In this document: one piece after another, positions 25,001 through 45,480 of the stretch
Numbering within the stretch: position 1 is the first letter of the stretch
How the letters are laid out: the number at the start of each line of letters is the position of its first letter
Position numbers and translations under genes: made by a program
Origin: Adineta vaga
Lineage: Eukaryota > Animalia > Rotifera
Assembly (NCBI GenBank): GCA_021613535.1
Contig: CP075496.1
Span: forward strand, 3,596,001-3,660,000
DNA length: 64,000 nucleotides
Reading direction: 5' to 3'
The notes under the pieces: generated by a model
What the model saw: the letters and a program-made list of their open reading frames with translations, nothing else
Databases searched by the model: none
Told to the model about the DNA's origin: nothing

Positions 25001-26442
25001 TAATCAAACCAGTGATTGATCAAACTATACATATGCTAAAAAGCTATGAAACAAAACGATTCTCAGAAAAAGTCGATCGTCTGTTGCGTGAAGTAAAACA
25101 ACTCTTTTTTGAATCTACTTTTCAATTGATTTATCTATTAATTAGATTGTTGATGAACAAATTAAAGCTTATCAATCATCAGAACATACACTCCTATCAC
25201 AATTGCCACAACGTGATTATCGTTTAGAACATATTCTCTCATATTTCGTAGCAAATCGTACTGATGTAATTTATCAACAACGTGTTATGCTTGATATTAT
25301 TCGGCTTTTACCAATTGATGACAATGATATTCGGTAGGAATTTAAATTTCATTTAAACTAACTAACTTCGATATTGAATTTCTTTTAGTTTGAAGATTTT
25401 TCAATCACAGGCACACATTGCTTGTCATGAACTACAAATGTTCAATGATAAAATTGAAGAATATCAAGTGATATATTTATCATAAATCTTCATCTTAAAA
25501 GTTTGTTTATCATATTTTCTAGAATTTATTAAATAGTTACAAAGATTTCCGATCTGTTATTGCTCTTTTTATTATTGGTTGTCAATTAATGAATCAAAAT
25601 AAGTATGTAAACTTGTATATTCATAAAAGTTTCTATGTTTCTTTTTTTCTACTATAGACATAATGAAGCTAATATGTATTTTTGTGTTGCATGTGAATTT
25701 AATTTACGTCTTTCCAGAAGAGGCGCTCGACCAATGAAAGCAATGGATAATTGGTTATTACTCAAAACAAGACGACTATGTTTTCAAGTAATCTTTCGAT
25801 TTTAATTATGATTAATTAGAATAAGTAGTGCAGAAAAGGATTAAGATCAAGATTTTGAAGAATTCATAAAAAAAGTTCGTCATTGATTTTTATTATTTCG
25901 ATTTTTAGCAATGGAATGATGATATATTACATCGTTTCAAAACGGATTCAAACTATCATCTTGATAGTATGACACATCAATTTCTTCCATGTTTAATACA
26001 ATTAAAAGTTAGTTCTGAAGATGATCAAAATTTCGTAGCTGGTATTGAAAAAGTTTGGTATTCATTACTTGATATAGTTCTACGTATGTCAAACAATTCA
26101 AAAAGAAAAAAACAAATTTTATTTTTATATAATAATGATGATTTATTTTTAGCGAGTACTCGTTTGATTTCTCTTCAAGCATTTCTTGAACGTTTACGTG
26201 CACAACCAATAAGTCAACATGGTCATTCATTGTCAGTAGACAAACAACATTTAATTGAACGATATCAGGAAACTGTTCGAGATTTAATTCGTCGATATCC
26301 AACATTTTTTCAAGAAACGCCTCTTCGATTCAATCGTTCATCAAACTTATTAGGACCTGTTCAGATTCCTGTTCGTATAAATCAAAGATATCGATCCATA
26401 CAAGAAGACGATGGTGGTGATGATGATCCATACGATGCATGA
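22098..26442 (+). CDS. Ubiquitin carboxyl-terminal hydrolase USP25/USP28 family
   Basis: UBA-like LQVREITGFDEATINQAIEAC, UIM-like DLQRAILLS, Cys box AGLKNIGNTCWFNSVIQ, LPSILFICLNRYRF and His box YTLHAVCVHEG...GHFWTY...WYRYND. Many short introns. Confidence 0.9.
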
Positions 26443-27166
26443 TATTCATCTTGATAAGAAAAAGAAGAGCAATTGTTTCCTTATCTCTGTACGGTGCTTT
26501 AATTATTATTAAATTGTATATTTCGAAAGTAATTCAAACAAACCCGGTCTTTTTCTTTCATATATTGTCTACTTTTACGATATTATGATTGTTTTAAGTC
26601 AATACCTTTGTAATGTCTATCATCTTCTATACCCGCAATCTTTGTGCATAGTAATTGAATGTTTATAATTATATGCTACATGTGATTTCTATGTATCGTG
26701 TTTTTTTTCTTTTTCGTACTTAATCAAGGTGATTGGAACTTGTTTGATTTTTACTCTCGAATGACGACAATGGAAAAGAATTAAAACATAAAAAACAGTA
26801 TTTTATACATAATAAAACAATTAGTTGACTAACTGATAATAAAACTAACGAGTTAATATATATATATATATATTCTAGATGGAATAGAATGTTGACGAGG
26901 AAGGTTTCCTATCTTACTGATAACGACATCAGATTTATAAACATATCGTTGATAACAGATAGTGTTCAATGATGAAGAACATTATCAAATAAAAAATATC
27001 AATCTATATAATTTATCATCTGAACTATTTCTTAGACATTGTCAGAATATTAGACAAACTTCATTCTCGGACAACTGTAATTCAAAACAGTTTTTTTTAG
27101 ATAATACTTGATACTATCTGAGAAACATTTTTTCTTCTACGATTATACGATTATTACTAAATATCC

Positions 27167-27916
27167 ATGTTCCAAATATCAAGACTACTATTATCTAATA
27201 TAAAACAATCTTCTATTCTTAAAGTAAAATTCCATTTGAATAATTTCATAAGAAAATATTTTGTTTTTTTTTCGTTGAAGAATGTATCATTCATGGCTAC
27301 ACTTTCATCTCCAACATTAACTTATACTGATACAGTTAATAATACATTAACACGTATTTATAATAAATATCATCATAAATCTGATATCAATTTTGCTAAA
27401 ACAGCATGCCAAGCAGCAAAATTTCTTGATGATTATTTAGCACATACGGAACATATAAATCAAAATGAAAATTCCATATTTTTATGTCATATATATCATA
27501 TGTTTGTTGAATTAATATTTAATACACTTGAGATTGTTGAAAAAGATCATTATACAACGAACACACATGATCTCGAAGTTTGATTTCTTTTCAAGAAAAT
27601 CTTTTCTTTTGATTATGTTGTATAGAGTATCCATTTGAATATCTATACAAATACACACTTCAATGAACATTGTGGTTCGGAAAAAGGTCCACATGGTGAA
27701 ACATCATTATTTATGATATCTTACATTGCTCAAAAGATTAAATTTGATTACAATATAACTCTGTAATCTTTTTCCAAAGAATTATCAGTTTTCTTTGTAT
27801 TTTTCATTGATTTTAGTGAAGAATTCAAACGACATGCTCAACATGTTGATGTATATATTGAAAAACTAATGGTATATCTTCAAGCCAAACATCTCAATAA
27901 TAATAATGATAAATAA
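27167..27916 (+). CDS. Uncharacterised His-rich helical protein with putative mitochondrial transit peptide (4 exons, ~195 aa)
   Basis: MFQISRLLLSNIKQSSILK (basic/Ser-rich, no acidic residues) splices in frame through three short introns to ...EEFKRHAQHVDVYIEKLMVYLQAKHLNNNNDK* ending at 27916. Confidence 0.7.
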
Positions 27917-28014
27917 CCCATCGAGAACAATCATTTCTTTTATATGAATTTCTTTTATATTCTTTTTCTTTACTCAGAAAATAAACGAATCTCATTGAAT
28001 AATGATAAAATCGT

Positions 28015-30171
28015 TTACTGTTCATTTAAATCATCTTCTTGACAGGAAATTGTTCGTTTTACTGCTTCGAAAATACACCAACGACGTTGACCAGAATTTG
28101 TTAGAGAATATTTCAATTTCCATTGACGAACACATTCATCTAGGTCTTGACGAGATAATTTCTATAGAAAAAAAATAGACGATTTTTTGTATTGAAAATT
28201 GTTTTTTTTACTGAATTCGGATCTGCTCGATTTTTTTCAGCAATTTCAATTTCATTTAGACAATATTGTTGATATAAATCCGAACAATCTTCAGCACGAA
28301 TTTGAACAAAGCCACATTTTTCGAATAGCTACAAAGAAGAAAACAATAAATCTCTTTTTTTTTCAAATTTCCTTTCTTTTACTTCAGTGTATTCTTGAAT
28401 AGATGTAAGTGTATAGATACCAGAACGTGCATAATCAATCAAATCTTGAGAAAATGGAGTATGACCACAACAAAAATCTGTAATTAACAATCGACCATCA
28501 TTTTTAAGCCATGTATAAAAATTATTCAATAATATTGTTTTATCGGACACATGAAAAATAACATCACGACTTGAAATACAACAAAATTTCTATATTAAAC
28601 AAATCAAATCTTCTTTCTTACCTGTATATTGCATCGAATTTCGATGGTGAAAATCGCATTTTAGTACCATCACCAACTTCGAAACGAATTTTATATCCTT
28701 TAAATGATAATGCTCGATCCCATGCTAAAATTTAATGATATATTTAACTTTCGAAAGAAAATTTTCTTCCTAATTTTCAATCAATACCCATTCCGATCAT
28801 ATTTGCTGAAATGTCTACTCCGATAATTTCACAACCATATTCCTATAAACGAAGAAATATCTTTCAAAAATTTGATTTTATTCTATAACAAACTTGAGCA
28901 ATTTGAAAGGAACTTCCACCAGTAGCACAACCAAAGTTTAATAAACGTTGAGATTTGGTTAGATTAAGTCGTTTAACTAATTCATGTGTTAATGTTGTTC
29001 CACCAATTGTAACGAAACCTTCACCACGAACAGACTCATATTTTTGAATACTTTTCTCTGCATATTCAGAATGATCAAGAAAATCTTGTAATGTTTTATA
29101 ACCATTATGATTTTGTAGCTTGGTTTTTATAAACAAAAAGCAAACCTATAATAAACAAAATATATCTCTCATGTTGCTTTTTTTTTATTAATCTTTGTTC
29201 ATACTTGATTATTATTTTGTTTGATTTCATAGTAAGATTCTAAAGCTTTAGCAAATACAAGTTCAAAGACTTGTTCAGGTGTACTACTTAATATACGTGA
29301 TTGACACATGTCAATATATTGTCGTGGTGAACGATAATGTGTAGGATTTTCATCAGGTTTGATATTTCCTATTGAAATATAAGAAAAAAGAGAAAATCAA
29401 TTGAAAATAAAGTTGAAAGTTTTGAACAACCTGAAGAATGAAAACAGGATTCACGAAAAAATAATGTTCCACCTGGTGTTAGCCATGTTAAACTTTTTTG
29501 TAAAAGTTGTTCAGTTTCTGCATCAGAAAGATACATGAAAAGCCAATTGCTAAAGACAATATCAAAACTAAACGAAAAAAATACAAATCAATACTTATTA
29601 TTTGCTCGAAAATCTTGAATGCAAAATTACCTATTTGGTTCGAATGATAATAATGTTGCATCTTGATGTAAAAATTCCACTGTACCATATTGACTGTTCT
29701 CTTCTCTATTTTTCTCCAAGAAACTTTCCATGAAATCGACGGCTACAACCGATTTCGCTAATTGAGCAAATTTTTTTGTAAAACGTCTAAAAATGAATTC
29801 AAATAAATTGAAATAGAACCGAATACCATTTCTTTTCAATTAGTTACACATACCCAATACCAGCACCTAATTCAAGTACACGTTTTCCATCAAGATCAGG
29901 TAAACATTCGAGAATTTCCGGATATTCAAATCGATTGATTTTATCAGCATTTGTATCAAGCATCATACTTTCCAGATTTGGATTAGAATTACGTTTCCAA
30001 TATGTTACCATTGTTGCGCGGCCTTCCGATGCTAAAATAAAAGACATACTTCATTTCATAAACAACTCCAACATGATTCTATTTTTGTTCAATACCTGAA
30101 CTACTTGAACGTCGGTCTTTCGTTGCTTCATCATCGACATTTATACGTTGATATTCACCAGTTTCGGGCAT
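28015..30171 (-). CDS. Phosphoethanolamine N-methyltransferase (two-domain PMT/PEAMT)
   Basis: MT1 domain: [47 protein letters not shown]2 domain: FLDHSEY...[53 protein letters not shown]. Confidence 0.93.
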
Positions 30172-30226
30172 AGTTTATTTTAGAATTCAATCGAATGAAG
30201 TACCTAAAACCATATGAAACAAATAT

Positions 30227-30258
30227 TTTATATATCAAGTACAAGGTTCAGTGGGTCA
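30227..30258 (-). promoter_or_regulatory. PEAMT core promoter: TATA box with adjacent DR2-type nuclear-receptor element
   Basis: TATATAAA on the minus strand at 30227-30234, about 56 bp upstream of the ATG. GGTTCA-gt-GGGTCA at 30245-30258. Confidence 0.5.
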
Positions 30259-31035
30259 CTGATTTGAATACAAAAGTAATTCGTTTATATAAATTATTTG
30301 CATTCTTATGCACTTTATTCCTTCTTTGTTCGTAGTTTTTTTTTCTCTATAGGGCATACATTTTATCAGTTACTATTGTATGAGAACACAGGCAGACGTT
30401 GCATGTGATTATCGATATGCGAACAGAAAGAAAAATAAGTATGACGAAATATAGTAATATCAAGGAGATCGATAATATAACGTGAAGCTTTTCTCTGTGA
30501 AAAATAGGTTTTCGAAGTGCGTACATACTTTATCATAAACAATCATTCAATTTACATGATTTCAAGAAAAATCAGACAAGAATATTAATCTATAGAGATA
30601 ATACTATCTCTCTTCTCGTCTCGAATATTAACATAAGAAACGTATTGGAATTGTTCTCATCTACTTCTATCTTGAATTGTGTTTTCGTTTCGATTTTTCT
30701 TACTCTATTTTAATCTATCAGAATATTTCCAATCAAATTACAGATAGTCGTCATTCGATAAGATAATCCTTTGTTTTTACTTCACTATTCGACGCACCTG
30801 TTGACAACAACAATAACATCTATTTTGCACTCGTTAAAATGTATATTTACTGATACATTGTGAGAAAAATAACCAAGAAAATGATTTTATATGAAAAAAA
30901 AATATATGTTTTTCTTTTGCTTTTAAAACACAACAGAGATAATACGAAAATCTGTTTATTAATGTTCTTGTTTAAAACTACACTAATAACACTAGATGAA
31001 TCAAAACAAAATCAGTATGAAAAGAAGATGTTGGT

Positions 31036-32187
31036 TTAAGATTTTTGATTGCCATCTCCAGGAAAATCAGGTTGACGATCAGGATGTGCATCTGTAAATG
31101 CAGGAAGAGCACTTAATCGTTCTTCGATGGCTGTCATCAGAGGATAGGCAGTTAAATCCACATTAAATCTACAGACAAAAGAAAAACATCTTCGGATATC
31201 ATTAATTCAAAAAAATTGATTCAAACCGTCGTGCATTGTATAATTGAGGCACAAGACAACAATCAGCTATGGAAACTTCATCACCTACACAATAACGTCC
31301 AGCTGATTCTTCAAGAGCTTTTTCAACCGCTAGAAGAACAAAACGAAGATCTTTATAAGAAATATTAACATAAATTCAGTTACCATCAAGTCCAATTTTG
31401 ATAAAATCATGTGCCCATGCTACTTTTTTCTCTTCACCAACACGTTTGAGAACACTTAAATTTTGTAATGGCTTTAAAGAAAAAGAATGAAAAGAAATAG
31501 GTAAAAACAAGAATACCTGAATACCAGAAGCAATAATTTCACTTATCATACGAGCCTGAAGTAGAAATTATCAGAATATCGATCTTTGAAATAGAATTTT
31601 GTTTTTAAAACCTGATAACGTTTAAAAGGATCTTCGGGTAGAAGTCTAGGTTTGAATGAATGGGTTTCATCAATATATTCAATAATTGGAAGCTATAGAA
31701 AAAATACAGACATTTATACAAATATGAATAGATTTTTTGATTCTACAAACCGACTGTGCGAGTGTTTTCCCATCGATAATCAATACCTTGCATAAAGAGA
31801 TAGATTTTGTTGAATACAGAATTACATCTACTTACTGGAACTTCACCTTTTGGATTAAGTTTCTTATGTTCCTCACTTGACTATAACATATTAAGAATTA
31901 TATGAATACTGAATTTAACTGGACATAAAACAAAGACTTACAGTTTCATTTTTAAGTAGATTTACTGCTTGAGTGGTAAAATCAATATTCTTTAAATTTA
32001 ATGCTAATAACAAACAATTTAATCTTCGAATTGTATGTTAATATGATTGAACTTACCAATTCGAACTCGATATGAACATGAACTGCGATAATACGAATAA
32101 AGAATTGGCTATAGTAAGAAAACATAATATTCATATCGAATAAAGTCATCTGTTTTTTCTTATTACTTTCGAGGTAGAATCCGTCAT
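31036..32187 (-). CDS. GSTZ1: Glutathione S-transferase zeta / maleylacetoacetate isomerase (~10 small exons)
   Basis: Spliced translation includes [76 protein letters not shown] and AHPDRQPD. Absent from the ORF track because every exon is short. Confidence 0.95.
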
Positions 32188-32655
32188 GTTTATTTTATCC
32201 AAAGTAAAACTAAAAAAAGAAGAGAAATACACCTGTCTTGTTTACTTCTTATCTTTTATCATCGACAAATCATTTTTATTTCAAGATAATAAAATTTAAA
32301 CAGATATATATTCACATACGAAGTTTTATCGAACCAATAGATATTATATTATTTATCTTCAGAATTCATAGCTGAATGACGACATCTAGTATAAGAAACG
32401 TTGGATTTGTTAGTAATAATATACACTCTACGACAACTGTCTCAATGTAAGTCAAATGTTGAATTGTATGAATTGAAAACTATCGCTATTCTTATTTTGT
32501 TTTTGTCTAAATTATCTTTCCACGTGTATAAACATTTCACTTTAATTTGAATTTAAATCATCATATAAACACAAATAGCTTTTATTTTGATTCTATATAC
32601 AAACAGTCTGTACAGAAAAACGAGAAAAAAATTACTGCAAAAAAAATATTTTCAA

Positions 32656-34287
32656 TTAATGTTTATTGTTAATTGTAGGAGGTAAAATACGGATATCATC
32701 TCGTATATCATTTGATTCTAATACGAGTTGATATCGTACAGCATTATTAAGTAAAGCTGCAAAACAAATGCCCACATCGGAAGATGTTCGTTGATCATTT
32801 TGATGAATAATTGAAAAGATTTCACTAAAAACTAAATCCTTATTTTTTTCAAAATCTTCACAGATAATTTGTTGCATGCTTGTTTGCAAATGGCGAAAAT
32901 CAATTGCACGTTGCCGTCGTTTTGATGGATTGAAATCATTGTTGTTATTTGATGAGATTGGTGGAAGAAGATCATTTGAATTTATTGTTAAATCAGATGT
33001 GTCATCAAATGGAGAATAAAGATACTCCGGCGATAATGGTCGCGGTAACATTGACTGCTTTGAAAGCTGTTCTTGTAATTTTTTAGGTGTTACACGTTGT
33101 TTTTTTGCTTGTTCAACAAGAAATGGAAATGGATATTCTATAGTTAATCGTCGTTTACGAATTTGTTTTATTGGCGATAGAACAATATCATCAACTTTGG
33201 TATTCATGCTGATTTCATTCATAAATGCATTGACTTTTGTTGAATCCAAATAAGAATATTCATTTGGTGTATCTGTAAGAAGATGAGCAGCATTGGCAAG
33301 AATGCTTGAATTACTTGATAGACTATTTGTACGTGATCGAATTGGCGTATTTGTTACATTCATTGATGATGCTGTTAAAGATAAAGTAGATGGAGTCAGA
33401 AATTGACTAGATTTTGTTGTTGTATTTAAATCAGATGATGGAGAAAGATCATTATCATCTAAATAGAAAAAGGGTTGATGAATAGAAATGAATGGAATTA
33501 ATTCGAACTTACTTGACATTAATGAATTTGTTGTATCAACATATAATGAATCACAAACGAAATCATTTGAATTTGTTGTTGATGATGATAAGATATCTTT
33601 TTCATCGAATTTATTTATTTTTATTGACTTCGATGATATATTCATCTTATCATAAAGTTCACTTAACATAATATTATCATTATTCATTGCAGCAAGAAAA
33701 AATTGATTAATCATAATAGGTCGGAATTCATCATTACGATTTTTTCGAAGTAATTTATTCCGATCGGTAACAATCGATTTTTTTCGTTTTACTACTAAAC
33801 GAATTTTTTTATTATTTGAGATTCGTCGTTGAGAACAATCTTCTTCATTATTACTTCCATCGAAATCATCTTCATTATCTTCCATAATTCGATTGAGATT
33901 TTCATTGGTTGAACGTAGAATTGATTGTGCTTTTCGAGTTTCAGAATAGAGTGAATCAATACGTGCAGCATAGATTTTTGCTAAAAAGAAAAGAAAAACA
34001 AACAAGATTTTATTTTATTTTTTTTCTTAGAACTATTAGTCAATTAAACCTGATGTTTCAAGAGTTGTACCAACAGATTGAAAATTGTTCATATGATCAT
34101 CGTCAAAACTTGTTGCTTCAAATATAGCAGGTAAATAATCGATAAGAACAATATCAAACGCGTTTTTTGGGCCGATTTTGTTTGAACGAAACATTTGCAA
34201 TGTTGATTCGTGTAATTTGGTTAATTCTTCATCGTTCATCGGTTGATTATCAACAAATATATCTACATCTGGTGCAGTTGTCGCCAT
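32656..34287 (-). CDS. Condensin kleisin CAP-H/Barren-like, short and divergent (2 coding exons, ~520 aa)
   Basis: N-terminal kleisin motif NKIGPKNAFDIVLIDY...NFQSVGTTLETSAKIYAARIDSLY and C-terminal winged-helix-like IDFRHLQTSM...FSEI...ICFAALL...LVLES...DDIRI. Intron at ~33982-34049. Confidence 0.8.
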
Positions 34288-34742
34288 TTGATTTTTAAAT
34301 ATATACAAACAAGTCCTTGGAAACAGGTGACGTTCGGATATTAATTTATACTATCAGTATTCATCTTTTTTTTGAAAAAACGATCATTGAATTTGATTGG
34401 GTATTTATTTACACTCGGCTGACATTTGTTTACTTGAGGTTTAGATGAACAGTAATCGATTTTGATAGATGTCGCTATACAGCTGTCCTTTTTTTCTTTC
34501 CCGATTATCATCAAATGAAAGTCAAACAAGTTATAAGTCATGTTTTGTTTTATTTTCGTTCGAAAATAGACTTCAAACGTTTATACGTTAATGAGTGGTG
34601 ATATATCACAATAAAAAAACACATAAAAGAACAATACATGAAAACTAAGAAAGAGTAAACACTAAAATACAACGAGAATAATAACACATGTTCATTAATG
34701 TGTTTCTTGTCCAGCATAGAAATATAGATCATTGCACTGTTC

Positions 34743-42887
<8,145 letters not shown>

Positions 42888-43068
42888 GTTATTTAGATTC
42901 GATCTAAAAAATAAATTAAGCAAAATAGAAGGAAAATATTGTTTATATATCTGCAATTGCCTTTTCATGCAATATATTCAACTTTGTCCTTCGCTGTCTG
43001 GGAGACGAAAAAATAAACGAAAAATGAGGAATCTAATGTTAGTGCACACTTTTAGAGGACAAAAGGAT

Positions 43069-43481
43069 GCGTGATTCTGTTTTCTTTCACTCTCTCTCTC
43101 GTTCGTTCGATGTTTTGAGGTAAACAAATTTCACTTTTATCTTTTGTAATCATGCGATAGGCCATAATCGACACTATATATTGCTTACTCGATGCTATTG
43201 TACCTAGTAGTCATCACAGTAGATATCTTATCTGATATTCAATATAAAATTATCAAATGATCACGTGTTGTCGGCATGGACGTTAAAAATAACAATAAAA
43301 TATTTAAAACAATACCAGGTGCATCAAGCGACATTTATATGACGTCAGTACATTTCATCTTAACAGTAAACTACTACAATATCTTACTTTGGAGGATTCA
43401 ATGTTCCTCTAATCTAAATTTTGAATATATGACGTGATTCTCTGATGATTTAAATCGAATAAGCAACTTCAAATACGTGAT
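43069..43481. promoter_or_regulatory. Cluster of ATCACG-core E-box/SRE-like motifs and a CRE upstream of FASN
   Basis: ATCACGTG at 43260-43267, TGACGTCA at 43340-43347, TGACGTGAT at 43430-43438, TACGTGAT at 43474-43481, GCGTGAT at 43069-43075. Confidence 0.45.
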
Positions 43482-45480
43482 TTTAATGTGTACGTAACAC
43501 GATGAAAATAAACAGAAAAGTCATAACTTTTTTTTCACTTACTAAAGATAACAATTCAAATGGATTCAAGAAAATAAATAAATTTATACAATGAATCACA
43601 TTTCGATTATTATTCGTCCATCATAAATCGCTTTATTTTACAGTAATTTTCGTACGATGAATCATTTGTCTCTTGAAATATATTTTCATTCGTAATCCTT
43701 CAAGTCTACAGCTTTACTTATGGTTACACAGAAGCATTTATAATTATTGAACAACGAGTGATATCAAAAGGAGAATGAATACTTACAAAATCTTCTCTTA
43801 CGTAATATGATCGTTCGTAAGAAAATACATATATTTATACTTATCAATATGAATTAAACTATACATACGATACAATAATAGATTTGATTGTCGCCTTTTG
43901 CTTGAAAATAAACCTAAATAAATCGTTTGTTTATTGAATACCATAGAAGTGCTCCAGTATTTTGATTTATTGAATACAAACAATTCTTCAATTGAAATCG
44001 AATGACAAAAGCAAGACTATATCTTCAACTACTATCTACAATATGTTTAAAGAGTTTACATACTTTTTTTCTAAAGTGTACTGAAATGATATACATGAAC
44101 GTAGTTGCGGTTTATATATCGATAAGATCGATCTTCTATTCTCGTTAGTACGAAAACGAGATCGAGTGTAACGGCGGTATAAACTTAAGAAAATGCATTT
44201 GATGATGTTGATTGAATAGAATCGAAAGAATACAAGCAAGAAAAAAAGAATTCAGACGGAAGTTCAAGCGGATCCCACGGCACAAGCACAATTAGTTCTG
44301 CGGTATTTCATGGAATTCTAAGAACAACCAATCGAATGTAATCTATAATTGAAGAATAGAATAATTCTAGATCTACGATGTAACAACACCAACGTGTGTA
44401 TGTTATGATCTGGACAATTTAAGAAAAATTTAACAAATTCTGATGAATGAAAACATAAACTCAAGGACATATCTGTCATAAGTTGTTTATGTGAATACAA
44501 GTCCTTGAAATATACGGTGTCGTACTCAAACGAGTATGCCTGACGATCTGTTAAACTAGCATATCAGTCGATTTCATGATTAACATGAATCTAATGTATG
44601 CTACAAAATAGGAGGATTTAATGATTTACCATGTTTTTTCCGTTTCATAGCATAAAGGGATAGGTAAAATTGCCTTTATATCACAAAAAATCTTTTTCTT
44701 TATGAAACTATTGACATGTTTGATTTTCAACCAGTATTTCATGTATATGATCACGTAATTCAAAGATTCTGTTGACTATTATGTGCATATATACTCATAG
44801 TTCACCATGATCTTTTTTATGATATTGTATATGTCATTGCAGAATGATGAAAATTGCATTAAGCAGTTGATAATAAATGGATAAAACACAAAAATACATA
44901 CAATACTAATATTTAAAAAGAAGAAGATGATCATCATCGACTATCAGTTTGTTCTAGTTTCATTCATTTATTTTCGAATACTTCTGTTTTGTTTACCGAT
45001 GGATCAGAAATCTGTCAAAATATCTATTTAACAATATTTCTCATTATCATATGCAGATTTCTTTATTATAGAATAACAGCATCAACAAATAGAAATCGCA
45101 GTCTGATTTATTAGTAATTTTTTCTACGTTTCATTAATATTTACTAATTTCAAATATCAATCATAATATCACTATTGCATATACATGAAACGCGTAGAAC
45201 CAATGAGAGACGATGTATTTACTTCTATTTTTAAGTCATGAGTTACCTAGCAAACGCACTTATCTTACGTTCTTGCCTGAACTATGCTATGCTGTTTCTT
45301 TTCCTCATTTTGAGAACATCGATAGGCTAGTGTTAGAATATACATGTTTTGACCGAGTGATGCGTAACTAATCAAATAGGCAAAATACTTTGCGTTCGAG
45401 TGTATTCAAGAAAGAGAAACAAACGAGCAAAATATTTATATCAAATCATTTGATACGTTGTCACTGAATAAAGAGTGCAA

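Noticed and set aside
43900-44560. Slightly GC-richer coding-like segment between FASN and ABCB, possibly a TE or pseudogene remnant
   Set aside because: All frames I tried are interrupted and no protein motif or terminal repeat was recognised.
45242-45254. RFX X-box-like GTTACCTAGCAAA upstream of ABCB (weaker match near 1570)
   Set aside because: Imperfect single matches with no supporting context.
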